Of a stretch of DNA of 64,000 nucleotides, positions 25,201 through 37,959 are shown one piece after another (within the stretch, counting starts at the first letter, position 1; each line of letters opens with the position of its first letter). A program made the translations under genes and the position numbers. The notes below the pieces were generated by a model. It saw only the letters and a list, made by a program, of their open reading frames with translations, was not told where the DNA came from and searched no databases. Source of the stretch: Malacoraja senta (lineage: Eukaryota); contig JAXLNO010000126.1 in the NCBI GenBank assembly GCA_038087875.1, positions 1 to 64,000 of the forward strand, read 5' to 3'.

Positions 25201-28200
25201 CCACTGTCCCCACACTGTCTCCACTGTCCCCACACTGTCTCCACTGTCCCCACACTGTCTCCACTATCCCCACACTGTCTCCACTGTCCCCACACTGTCT
25301 CCACTGTCCCCACACTGTCTCCACTGTCCCCACACTGTCTCCACTGTCCCCACACTGTCTCCACTGTCCCCACACTGTCTCCACTGTCCCCACACTGTCC
25401 CCACACTGTCTCCACTGTCCCCACACTGTCTCCACTGTCCCCACACTGTCTCCACTGTCCCCACACTGTCTCCACTGTCCCCACACTGTCTCCACTGTCC
25501 CCACACTGTCTCCACTGTCCCCACACTGTCCCCACACTGTCTCCACTGTCCCCACACTGTCTCCACTGTCCCCACACTGTCTCCACTGTCCCCACACTGT
25601 CTCCACTGTCCCCACACTGTCTCCACTGTCCCCACACTGTCTCCACTGTCCCCACACTGTCCCCACACTGTCTCCACTGTCCCCACACTGTCTCCACTGT
25701 CCCCACACTGTCTCCACTGTCCCCACACTGTCTCCACTGTCCCCACACTGTCTCCACTGTCCCCACACTGTCTGCACTGTCCCCACACTGTCTCCACTGT
25801 CCCCACACTGTCTCCACTGTCCCCACACTGTCTCCACTGTCCCCACACTGTCTCCACTGTCCCCACACTGTCTCCACTGTCCCCACACTGTCTCCACTGT
25901 CCCCACACTGTCTCCACTGTCCCCACACTGTCTCCACTGTCCCCACACTGTCTCCACTGTCCCCACACTGTCCCCACACTGTCTCCACTGTCCCCACACT
26001 GTCTCCACTGTCCCCACACTGTCTCCACTGTCCCCACACTGTCTCCACTGTCCCCACACTGTCTCCACTGTCCCCACACTGTCTCCACTGTCCCCACACT
26101 GTCTCCACTGTCCCCACACTGTCCCCACACTGTCTCCACTGTCCCCACACTGTCCCCACACTGTCTCCACTGTCCCCACACTGTCTCCACTGTCCCCACA
26201 CTGTCTCCACTGTCCCCACACTGTCTCCACTGTCCCCACACTGTCCCCACACTGTCTCCACTGTCCCCACACTGTCTCCACTGTCCCCACACTGTCTCCA
26301 CTGTCCCCACACTGTCTCCACTGTCCCCACACTGTCTCCACTGTCCCCACACTGTCTCCACTGTCCCCACACTGTCTCCACTGTCCCCACACTGTCCCCA
26401 CACTGTCTCCACTGTCCCCACACTGTCTCCACTGTCCCCACACTGTCTCCACTGTCCCCACACTGTCTCCACTGTCCCCACACTGTCTCCACTGTCCCCA
26501 CACTGTCCCACACTGTCTCCACTGTCCCCACACTGTCTCCACTGTCCCCACACTGTCTCCACTGTCCCCACACTGTCTCCACTGTCCCCACACTGTCTCC
26601 ACTGTCCCCACACTGTCTCCACTGTCCCCACACTGTCTCCACTGTCCCCACACTGTCTCCACTGTCCCCACACTGTCCCCACACTGTCTCCACTGTCCCC
26701 ACACTGTCTCCACTGTCCCCACACTGTCTCCACTGTCCCCACACTGTCTCCACTGTCCCCACACTGTCTCCACTGTCCCCACACTGTCCCCACACTGTCT
26801 CCACTGTCCCCACACTGTCTCCACTGTCCCCACACTGTCTCCACTGTCCCCACACTGTCTCCACTGTCCCCACACTGTCTCCACTGTCCCCACACTGTCT
26901 CCACTGTCCCCACACTGTCCCCACACTGTCTCCACTGTCCCCACACTGTCTCCACTGTCCCCACACTGTCTCCACTGTCCCCACACTGTCTCCACTGTCC
27001 CCACACTGTCTCCACTGTCCCCACACTGTCCCCACACTGTCTGCACTGTCCCCACACTGTCTCCACTGTCCCCACACTGTCTCCACTGTCCCCACACTGT
27101 CTCCACTGTCCCCACACTGTCTCCACTGTCCCCACACTGTCTCCACTGTCCCCACACTGTCTCCACTGTCCCCACACTGTCTCCACTGTCCCCACACTGT
27201 CTCCACTGTCCCCACACTGTCTCCACTGTCCCCACACTGTCTCCACTGTCCCCACACTGTCCCCACACTGTCTCCACTGTCCCCACACTGTCTCCACTGT
27301 CCCCACACTGTCTCCACTGTCCCCACACTGTCTCCACTGTCCCCACACTGTCTCCACTGTCCCCACACTGTCCCCACACTGTCTCCACTGTCCCCACACT
27401 GTCTCCACTGTCCCCACACTGTCTCCACTGTCCCCACACTGTCTCCACTGTCCCCACACTGTCTCCACTGTCCCCACACTGTCCCCACACTGTCTCCACT
27501 GTCCCCACACTGTCTCCACTGTCCCCACACTGTCTCCACTGTCCCCACACTGTCTCCACTATCCCCACACTGTCTCCACTGTCCCCACACTGTCTCCACT
27601 GTCCCCACACTGTCTCCACTGTCCCCACACTGTCTCCACTGTCCCCACACTGTCTCCACTGTCCCCACACTGTCCCCACACTGTCTCCACTGTCCCCACA
27701 CTGTCTCCACTGTCCCCACACTGTCTCCACTGTCCCCACACTGTCTCCACTGTCCCCACACTGTCTCCACTGTCCCCACACTGTCTCCACTGTCCCCACA
27801 CTGTCCCCACACTGTCTCCACTGTCCCCACACTGTCTCCACTGTCCCCACACTGTCTCCACTGTCCCCACACTGTCTCCACTGTCCCCACACTGTCTCCA
27901 CTGTCCCCACACTGTCCCCACTGTCCCCACACTGTCCCCACACTGTCTCCACTGTCCCCACACTGTCTCCACTGTCCCCACACTGTCTCCACTGTCCCCA
28001 CACTGTCTCCACTGTCCCCACACTGTCCCCACACTGTCTGCACTGTCCCCACACTGTCTCCACTGTCCCCACACTGTCTCCACTGTCCCCACACTGTCTC
28101 CACTGTCCCCACACTGTCTCCACTGTCCCCACACTGTCTCCACTGTCCCCACACTGTCCCCACACTGTCTCCACTGTCCCCACACTGTCTCCACTGTCCC

Positions 28201-28513
28201 CACACTGTCTCCACTGTCCCCACACTGTCTCCACTGTCCCCACACTGTCCCCACACTGTCTCCACTGTCCCCACACTGTCTCCACTGTCCCCACACTGTC
28301 TCCACTGTCCCCACACTGTCTCCACTGTCCCCACACTGTCTCCACTGTCCCCACACTGTCTCCACTGTCCCCACACTGTCTCCACTGTCCCCACACTGTC
28401 CCCACTGTCCCCACACTGTCTCCACTGTCCCCACACTGTCTCCACTGTCCCCACACTGTCTCCACTGTCTCCACTGTCCCCACACTGTCTCCACTGTCCC
28501 CACACTGTCCCCA
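22209..28513. repeat. ~6.3 kb minisatellite, 20-bp unit (CTGTCTCCA + CTGTCCCCACA), filling intron 1 of the IgSF gene
   Basis: Directly visible; degenerate at the left edge and homogeneous further right. Confidence 0.98.
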
Positions 28514-28518
28514 CCCAC

Positions 28519-28579
28519 CGGGCCAGATCCAGATCAACATCAACATCAACATCAACATCAACCGGAGCCGGATCCACAT
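28519..28579 (-). CDS. IgSF receptor exon 1: signal peptide
   Basis: ATG at 28579; MWIRLRLMLMLMLMLIWIWP plus one base; donor CCG|GTGGGT, phase 1, in frame with the V exon. GC-rich upstream region. Confidence 0.75.
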
Positions 28580-28662
28580 TTTTTCCGCTCGAGCGCCGTC
28601 GCCAGAGCGCCGCCCAGTGGCGGGTTGGGGTCTTGCAGCTGCTCCAGAGCAAAGATTATATG

Positions 28663-29418
28663 GCGAGGGGGCGGGGTTGGAGCGAGGGGGCGGGGCTGGA
28701 GCGAGGGGCGGGGTTGGAGCGAGGGGGCGGGGTTGGAGCGAGGGGGCGGGGTTGGAGCGAGGGGGCGGGGTTGGAACGAGGGGCGGGTTTGGAGCGAGGG
28801 GGCGGGGCTCCAGCGAGGGGGCGAGGTTGGAGCGAGGGGGCGGGGTTGGAGCGAGGGGGCGGGGTTGGAGCCAGGGGGCGGGGTTGGGACGAGGGGGCGG
28901 GGTTGGAACAAGGGGGCGGGGTTGGTGCGAGGGGGCGGGGTTGTATCGAGGGGGCGGGGTTGGAGCGAGGGGGCGGGGCGGGGTTGGAGCGAGGGGGCGG
29001 GGTTGGAGCGAGGGGGTGGGGTTGGATCGAGGGGGCGGGGTTGGAGCGAGGGGGGGGGTTGGATCGAGGGGGCGGGGTTGGAACGAGGGGGCGGGGTTGG
29101 AGCGAGGGGGCGGGGTTGGAGCGAGGGGGGGTTGGAGCGAGGGGGCGGGGTTGGAACGAGGGGGCGGGGTTGGAACGAGGGGGCGGGGTTGGGGCGAGGG
29201 GGGGTTGGAGCGAGGGGGCGGGGTTGGAACGAGGGGGCGGGGTTGGAGCGAGGGGGCGGGGTTGGAGCGAGGGGGCGGGGTTGGAGCGAGGGGGCGGGGT
29301 TGGAGCGAGGGGGCGGGGTTGGAACGAGGGGGCGGGGTTGGAGCGAGGGGGCGGGGTTGGAGCGCGAGGGGGCGGGGTTGAAGCGAGGGGGCGGGGTTGG
29401 AGCGAGGGGGCGGGGTTG
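28663..29418. repeat. 19-bp G-rich tandem repeat (TTGGAGCGAGGGGGCGGGG, ~40 copies) in the IgSF promoter region
   Basis: Directly visible; most units contain a GGGGCGGGG GC box. Confidence 0.95.
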
Positions 29419-29444
29419 ATGAGCGGGTGACGTCACAGATTATA

Positions 29445-31513
29445 GGTACACAACAATGCTGGAGAAACTCAGCGGGTGCAGCAGCATCTATGGAGCGAAG
29501 GAAATAGGCAACGTTTCGGGCCGAAACCCTTCTTCAGACTGATAGGGGGTGGGGAGAAGAAAGGAAAAAAGGAAAAAAGGCAGAGGAGGAGCCCGAGGGC
29601 TGGGGGAGGGGATGGGGAGGAGACAACCAGAGGGCTGATGAAGGGGAGGGGACAGCAAGGGCTAGCAGAATTGGGAGAATTCAATGTTCAGGCCACCAGG
29701 ATGTAGACTGCCCAAGCGGAATATGAGGTGCATTTCCTCCAATTTCCGGTGTTGCTCGCTGTGGCCATGGAGGAGACCCAGGACAGAGAGGTCAGATACG
29801 GAATGGGAGGGGGAGTTGAAGTGCTGAGCCACCGGGGGGTCAGGTTGGTTTTTGCGGACCGACCGGAGGTGTTCGGCGAAACGATCGCCAAGCCTCCGCT
29901 TGGTCTCAGCGATGTAGATCAGCTGGCATCTAGAGCAGCGAATGCAATAGATGAGGTTGGAGGAGATGCAGGTGAACCTATGTCGCACCTGGAACGACTG
30001 CTTAGGTCCTTGAATGGAGTGGAGGGGGGAAGTGAAGGGACAAGTGTTGCATCTCTTGCGGTTGCAAGGGAAAGTGCCCGGGGAGGGGGTGGTACGGGAG
30101 GGAAGGGAAGAATTGACAAGGGAGTTACGGAGCGAGCGGTCTTTGCGGAAGGCAGACATGGGGGGAGATGGGAAGATGTGGCGAGTGGTGGGGTCACGTT
30201 GGAGGTGCCGAAACTGACGGAGGATCACTTGTTGTATGTGACGGCTGGTGGGGTGAAAGGTGAGGACTAGGGGGACTCTGCCCTTGTGTGAGTGGGGGGG
30301 ATGGGGAGAGAGAGCAGTGTTGCGGGGTATGGCAGAGACCCTGCTGCGAGCCTCATCTATGGTGGAGGAGGGGAACCCCCGTTCCCTGAAGAATGAGGAC
30401 AGTTCGGATGCCCTGGTGTGGAACGCCTCATCCTGGGAGCAGATGCAGCGTAGACGGAGGAATTGGGAGTGGGGGATGGAGTCCTTACAGGAAGCAGGGT
30501 GGGAAGAAGTGTAGTCCAGATAGCCATGGGAGTCGGTAGGTTTTTAGTGGATGTTGGTAAGAAGTCTATCACCTGCGATGGAGATAGTGAGGTCAAGGAA
30601 TGGTAGGGAAGTGTTGGAAATGGTCCAGGTGTATTTGAGTGCCGGATGGAAGTTGGTGGTGAAGCGGATGAAGTCAGTCAGTTGTGTGTGGGTGCAGGAT
30701 GTGGCACCAAAACAATCATCGATGTAGCAGAGGTAGAGGTCGGGGATGGGGCCCTGGTACGTATTGAACAAGGATTGTTCTACGTACCCGACAAAGAGGC
30801 AGGCGTAGCTGGGGCCCATGCGTGTGCCCATAGCTACGCCTTGTATTTGGAGGAAATGGGAGAAGTCAAATGAGAAGTTATTGAGGGTAAGGACCAGCTC
30901 CACTAGGCGGAGGAAGGTGTCAGTGGCCGGGTATAGGTTGCTTCTTCGGTCGAGGAAAAAACGGAGGGCTTCGAGACCATCCTGGTGGGGGATGGAGGTG
31001 TACAATGACTGGACGTCCATGGTGAAGATGAGGGGGTGATGGCCTAGAGAGTGGAATGCGCGGAGACGACGGAGAGTGTCTGAGGTGTCTTGAACATAGG
31101 TAGGGAGGGATTTAACCAAGCGGGATAGGATGGAGTCGAGGTAGGTGGAGATGAGTTTGGTGGGGCACGAACAGGCAGAGACAATGGGTCTACCGGGACA
31201 GTCAGGTTTGTGGATTTTGGGGAGAAGGTAAAATCGGGCCGTGCGGGGCTGGAGAACGATGAGGTTGGAGGCTCGGTCGGGCAGGGCGTGGGATTGGATG
31301 AAGTCGGTGATGGTGCTGGAGATGGTGGCCTGGTGCTCGTCAGTGGGGTCATGGTCCAGGGGTAAGTAGGAGGAGGTGTCCGAGAGTTGGCGCGTGGCCT
31401 CAGCTTTGTAGAGATCGACGCGCCAGACTACCACGGCACCTCCCTTGTCGGCAGGTTTGATAACCCAATCTAGGTTGTTGTGGAGTGAGTCGATGGCAGT
31501 GCGTTCAGAGGGC
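29445..31513 (-). mobile_element. Penelope-like element (RT, GIY-YIG endonuclease, pseudo-LTR), 5'-truncated
   Basis: FYLLPKIHK, GRPIVS, MDVQSLYTSI, GVAMGTRMGP, YIDD and YIAETKRRLGDRFAEH motifs. Flanks CGTCACAGATTATA (29431) and CGTCAAAGATTATA (31514) resemble a TSD. Confidence 0.93.
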
Positions 31514-31536
31514 CGTCAAAGATTATATCGCGCCGT

Positions 31537-31930
31537 CAAAGATTATATCGCGGAGCAAGATGCGCCACTCAGCGAATAAAGGGTAGTATGCCGGGTGATT
31601 GTTGACGCCATTTTACCGGCGGCCTCGACTACCGTCATGGCGTCTACATCTAAATCTTCATCTCACTGCTCTGCTCTCAATTGCTCTAATCGTCAATGTA
31701 AACCACCCGACCTGTCATTCTTTAGGTTCCCCGATAAAGAAGAAAGGTGAGAAAATATATTATATTTGACATCTGTCGATATTATTCTGAACTGAAAATG
31801 TTATTTTCTGGTCTCCCATCAACGGTCATTGGGAAACTAGGTTTGTCGGTACAGATTAGAAAGTTATTAGAATTATTTGTAATAGATCTTTATTTACCAA
31901 TAATAAAGTCCATAATGTTAGCACTTCTGT
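31537..31930 (+). mobile_element. 5' end of a THAP-encoding, P-superfamily-like transposon
   Basis: Terminus CAAAGATTATATCGCGGAGCAAGATGCGCCACTC followed by a THAP first exon; cut off by CR1. Confidence 0.6.
31637..31746 (+). pseudogene. THAP zinc-finger first exon (orphan)
   Basis: MASTSKSSSHCSALNCSNRQCKPPDLSFFRFPDKEE(R), donor AAG|GTGAGA. CxxxxC and F.FP are THAP hallmarks. No second exon found. Confidence 0.8.
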
Positions 31931-32544
31931 ACCATATAACCATATAACCATTACAGCACGGAAACAGGCCTTCAAGTCCGTGCCGAACAGTTTTTAAACA
32001 ATTTATTTATTTATTATTATTATTATTATCATTATTTTTTTTAAATAAATACTTCCCCCTAGTCCCATCTACCTGCAGTCAGACCATAACCCTCCATTCC
32101 TTTCCCGTCCATATACCCATCCAATCTATTTTTAAAGGATAACATCGAACCTGCCTCCACCACTTCCACTGGAAGCTCATTCCACACAGCTACCACTCTC
32201 TGAGTAAAGAAGTTCCCCCTAATGTTCCCCCGAAACTTCTGTCCCTTAATTATCAAGGCATGTCCCCTTGTTTGTTTGAATCTTCCCTACTCTCAATGGG
32301 AAAAGCTTATCCACGTCCACTCTGTCTAACCCGCTCATAATTTTAAAGACCTATATCAAGTCCCCCCTTAACCTTCTGCGCTCCAAAGAATAAAGACCTA
32401 CCTTGTTCAACCTTTCTCTGTAACTTAGTTGCTGAAACCCAGGCAACATTCTAGTAAATCTCCTCTGTACTCTCTCTATTTTGTTGACATCCTTCCTATA
32501 ATTAGGCGACCAAAATTGTACTCCATACTCCAGAATTGGCCTCA
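31930..32544 (-). mobile_element. CR1 3' fragment
   Basis: Nearly identical to the corresponding part of 3505-4100. Confidence 0.9.
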
Positions 32545-35500
32545 CATAGATACATAGATACATAGAAAATAAGTGCAGGAGTAGGCCATTCGGCCCTTCG
32601 AGCCTGCACCGCCATTCAATATGATCATGGCTGATCATCCAACTCAGTATCCCGTACCTGCCTTCTCTCCATACCCCCTGATCCCTTTAGCCACAAGGGC
32701 CACATCTAACTCCCTCTTAAATATAGCCAATGAACTGGCCTCAACTACCCTCTGTGGCAGAGAGTTCCAGAGATTCACCACTCTCTGTGTGAAAAAGTTT
32801 TTCCTCATCTCGGTCTTAAAGGATTTCCCCCTTATCCTTAAGCTGTGACCCCTTGTCCTGGACTTCCCCAACATCGGGAACAATCTTCCTGCATCTAGCC
32901 TGTCCAATCCCATAAGAATTTTGTACATTTCTGTAAGATCCCCTCTCAATCTCTTAAATTCTAGCGAGTATAAGCCAAGTCTATCCAGTCTTTCTTCATA
33001 TGAAAGTCCTGACATCCCAGGAATCAGTCTGGTGAACCTTCTCTGCACTCCCTCTATGGCTATAATGTCCTTCCTCAGATTTGGAGACCAAAACTGTACG
33101 CAATACTCCAGGTGTGGTCTCACCAAGACCCTGTACAACTGCAGTAGAACCTCCCTGCTCCTATACTCAAATCCTCTTGCTATGAAAGCCAACATACCAT
33201 TCGCTTTCTTCACTGCCTGCATGCCTACTTTCAATGACTGGTGTACCATGACACCCAGGTCTCGCTGCATCTCCCCATTTCCTAATCGGCAACCATTTAG
33301 ATAATAGTCTGCCTTCCCGTTTTTGCCACCAAAGTGGATAACCTCACATTTATCTGCATCTGCCAAACGTTTGCCCACTCACCCAGCCTATCCAAGTCAC
33401 CTTGCAGTCTCCTAGCATCCTCCTCACAGCTAACACTGCCCCCCAGCTTAGTGTCATCCGCAAACTTGGAGATGTTGCTTTCAATTCCCTCATCCAGTTC
33501 ATTAATATAAATTGTAAATAGCTGGGGTGCCAGCACTGAGCCTTGCGGTACCACACTAGTCACTGCCTGCCATTGTGAAAAGGACCCGTTTACTCCTACT
33601 CTTTGCTTCCTGTTTGCCAGCCAGTTCTCTATCCACATCAATACTGAACCCCCAATACCATGTGATTTAAGTTTGTATCCTAATCTCTTATGTGGTACCT
33701 TGTCGAAAGCCTTCTGAAAGTCCAGATACACCACATCCACTGGTTCTCCCCTATCCACTCTACTAGTTACATCCTCGAAAAATTCTATAAGATTCGTCAG
33801 ACACGATTTACCCTTCGTAAATCCATGCTGACTTTGTCCAATGATTTCACCACTTTCCAAATGTGCTGCTATCCCATCTTTAATAACTGACTCTAACAGT
33901 TTACCCACTACCGATGTTAGACTAACTGGTCTGTAATTCCCCGTTTTCTCTCTCCCTCCCTTCTTAAAAAGTGGGGTTACGTTTGCTACCCTCCAATCCT
34001 CAGGAACTACTCCAGAATCTAAAGAGTTTTGAAAAATTATCGCTAATGCATCCACTATTTCTGGAGGTACTTCCTTAAGTACTCTGGGATGCTGCCTATC
34101 TGGCCCTGGTGATTTATCGGCCTTTAATCTATTCAATTTACCCAACACCACTTCCTGACTAACCTGGATTTCACTCAGTTCCTCCATCTCCTTTGACCCG
34201 CGGCCCCCTGCTATTTCCGGCAGATTATTTATGTCTTCCTTAGTGAAGACGGAACCAAAGTAGTTATTCAATTGGTCCGCCATATCCTTGTTCCCCATGA
34301 TCAATTCACCTGTTTCTGACTGCAAGGGACCTACATTTGTTTTAACTAATCTCTTTCTCTTCACATACCTATAAAAACCTTTGCAGTCAGTTTTTATGTT
34401 CCCTGCCAGTTTTCTTTCATAATCTATTTTCCCTTTCCTAATTAAGCCCTTTGTCTTTTGTCCTCCTCTGCTGGTCTCTGAATTTCTCCCAGTCCTCTGG
34501 TATGCTGCTTTTTCTGGCTAATTTGTACGCATCATCTTTTGCTTTGATACTATCCCTGATTTCCCTTGTTATCCACGGATGCACTACCTTCCCTGATTTA
34601 TTCTTTTGCCAAACTGGGATGAACAATTTTTGTAGTTCATCCATGCAGTCTTTAAATGCCTTCCATTGCATATCCACCGTCAACCCTTTTAGAACTAATT
34701 GCCAGTCAATCTTGGCCAATTCACGTCTCATACCCTCAAAGTTACCTTTCTTTAAGTTCAGAACCATTGTTTCTGAATTAACAATGTCACTCTCCATCCT
34801 AATGAAGAACTCAACCATATTATGGTCACTCTTGCTCAAGGGGGCACGCACAACAAGACTGCTAACTAACCCTTCCTCATTACTCAATACCCAGTCTAGA
34901 ATAGCCTGCTCTCTCGTTGGTTCCTCTACATGTTGGTTTAGATAACTATCCCGCATACATTCCAAGAAATCCTCTTCCTCAGCACCCCTGCCAATTTGAT
35001 TCACCCAATCTATATGTAGATTGAAGTCACCCATTATAACTGTTTTGCCTTTGTTGCACGCATTTCTAAATTCCTGTTTGATGCCATCCCCAACTTCACT
35101 ACTACTGCTAGGTGGCCTGTACACAACACCCACCAGCGTTTTCTGCCCCTTAGTGTTTCGCAGCTCTACCCATACCGATTCCACATCCTCCAAGCTAATG
35201 TCCTTCCTTTCCACTGCGTTAATCTCCTCTCTAACCAGCAACGCTACCCCACCTCCTTTTCCTTTCTCTCTATCCTGAATATTGAATATCCCTGGTTGTT
35301 CAGCTCCCAGCCTTGGTCACCCTGGAGCCATGTCTCCGTGATCCCAACTATATCATAATCATTAATTGCTATCTGCACGTTCAACTCATCCACCTTATTA
35401 CGAATGCTCCTTGCATTGAGACACAAAGCCTTCAGGCTTGTTTTTACAACGCTCTTACCCCTTATACAATTATGTTGAAAAGTGGCCCTTTTTGATTTTT

Positions 35501-37851
35501 GCCCTGGATTTGTCTGCCTCCCACTTTTACTTTTCTCCTTGCTACCCATTGCTTCCGCCCGCATTTTACACCCCTCTTTTTCTCTGCTCACCCATTTAAG
35601 AACCCCACCACCTCTTATTCTCTGTTTATTATTGTTTTCTTCTTTCCCCCCTACATGTTGGGTCTGAGTGCTTTCCTTCTCTGCCTCCTGCCTCACACAC
35701 TGTCTAATAGCATTCTCTATTTGAGTCCCTCCCCCCAACCATTCTAGTTTAAAGTCTCCCCAGTAGCCTTTGCAGATCTCCCCGCCAGGATATCGGTCCC
35801 CCTCAGGTTCAAGTGCAACCCATCCTTTTTGTACAGGTCGAACCTTCCACAAAAGAGGTCCCAATGATCCAGAAATTTGAATCCCTGACTTCTGCACCAG
35901 TCCTTCAGCCACGCATTTATCCTCCACCTCACTCCATTCCTACTCTCACTGTCGCGTGGCACAGGCAGTAATCCCGAGATTGTTACCTTTGCTGTCCTTC
36001 TCTTTAACTCCGTTCCTAACTCCCTAAATTCTCCTTTCAGGACCTCTTCTCTTTTTTTACCTATGTCATAGGTACCTATATGTACCACGACCTCGGGCTC
36101 CTCTCCCTGCCCTTTCAGGGTATCTTGGACACGTTGAGACACATCACAGACCCTGGCACCAGGGAGGCAAACTACCATCCGGGTCTCCCGACTGCGTCCA
36201 CAGAATCGCCTGTCTGACCCCCTAACTATAGTCCCCTATTAGTATTGCCCTCCTCTTCTTTTCCTTACCCTTCTGAGCAACAGGACCGGTCTCTATACCG
36301 GAGGCCTGGCCGCTGTCGCTACCCCCAGGTAGGCTGTCCCCCCGAACAGTGCTCAAACAGGAGTACTTATTGTCAAGGTGTACAGCCACCGGGGTACTCT
36401 CTAGTCCCTGCCTGTGCCCCTTGCCTCTCCCAACCGTGACCCACTTGCCTGCCTCCTGTGGTCTTGGAGTGACCACCTCCCTGTAACTCCTCTCAATGAC
36501 TTCCTCGCTCTCCCTGACCAGATGGAGGTCATCGAGCTGCTGCTCCAGGTTCCTAATACGGTCCATTAGGAGCCCCATCTCGATACACCTGGCGCAGATG
36601 TGGACGTCTGGAGGGCTATCAGACTCCATGACTTCCCACATCTGACATCCAGAACAGTAAACTGCCCTGGCCCTCATACTCCCCTTACCCTGGATACAAT
36701 ACATCTGACATCCAGAACAGTAAACTGCCCTGGCCCTCATACTCCCCTTACCCTGGATACAATACATCTGACATGCAGAACAGTAAACTGCCCTGGCCCT
36801 CATACTCCCCTTACCCTGGATACAATACATCTGACATCCAGAACAGTAAACTGCCCTGGCCCTCATACTCCCCTTACCCTGGATACAATACATCTGACAT
36901 CCAGAACAGTAAACTGCCCTGGCCCTCATACTCCCCTTACCCTGGATACAATACATCTGACATCCAGAACAGTAAACTGCCCTGGCCCTCATACTCCCCT
37001 TACCCTGGATACAATACATCTGACATCCAGAACAGTAAACTGCCCTGGCCCTCATACTCCCCTTACCCTGGATACAATACATCTGACATCCAGAACAGTA
37101 AACTGCCCTGGCCCTCATACTCCCCTTACCCTGGATACAATACATCTGACATCCAGAACAGTAAACTGCCCTGGCCCTCATACTCCCCTTACCCTGGATA
37201 CAATACATCTGACATCCAGAACAGTAAACTGCCCTGGCCCTCATACTCCCCTTACCCTGGATACAATACATCTGACATCCAGAACAGTAAACTGCCCTGG
37301 CCCTCATACTCCCCTTACCCTTGGATACAATACAAAGCAAACTGCTACAATACAGTACAATCAGCTGGGATCCGACTCCTAATCAGCTGCTCCCTCTTGT
37401 CTGCTTCCGCCAATCAGCGGCTTCCTCAAACCCACTTGTTTTTGAACTGGAACTTGGAACGTTGCAGATTTCGGCTCCTCTTTAACTCCTACCGCTCGGG
37501 TGTAGCTCCTTCCTCTGCGACCTCTCCAACGGCTCTCGGGCCTCTGTAAGGAACAAGCCCCGCGCTCCTCTTTAACTCCTACTGCTCGGGTGTAGCTCCT
37601 CCCTCTGCGACCTCTCCAAAGGCTCTCGGGCCTCTGTAAGGAACAAGCCCCGCGCTCCTTTTTAACTCCTACCGCTCGGGTGTAGCTCCTCCCTCTGCGA
37701 CCTCTCCAATGGCTCTCGGGCCTCTGTAGAAGCAAGCCCTGCGCGCCTCTTTAAATCCTACCGCTCGGGTGTAGCTCCTCCCTCTGCGACCCACCTCCAG
37801 TTTAAATTCCATTTGGAATATTTTGGAGGACCAAGAAACCAAGAACCAAGA
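32545..37851 (-). mobile_element. Near full-length CR1 LINE (5' UTR repeats, ORF1 Zn-finger/esterase, ORF2 APE-RT, CATAGATA tail), with frameshifts
   Basis: ORF1 at 37340-35744; ORF2 pieces ~35460-32644 with [19 protein letters not shown] and FADD motifs. Confidence 0.95.
36639..37331 (-). repeat. 63-bp tandem repeat, 11 copies, in frame at the start of CR1 ORF1
   Basis: Each unit encodes MRARAVYCSGCQMYCIQGKGS; copies are nearly identical. Confidence 0.95.
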
Positions 37852-37959
37852 ACGGCTCTCAGAGGGAGGAGTTTAACTATGATGTTGAATCATCTCCACA
37901 ATTCCACACCAGTGATTCCTTTATCTTGGTATTAATTTAATGGTACATCAGGGCTAGAG

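Noticed and set aside
22119..29430. ORFs over 2000 aa rich in His/Cys/Pro
   Set aside because: They are translations of the 20-bp and 19-bp tandem repeats; only 28519-28579 looks like a real exon.
36639..37331. CRISPR-like regular array
   Set aside because: The units are contiguous and identical with no unique spacers, there are no cas genes, and the sequence derives from CR1 ORF1.
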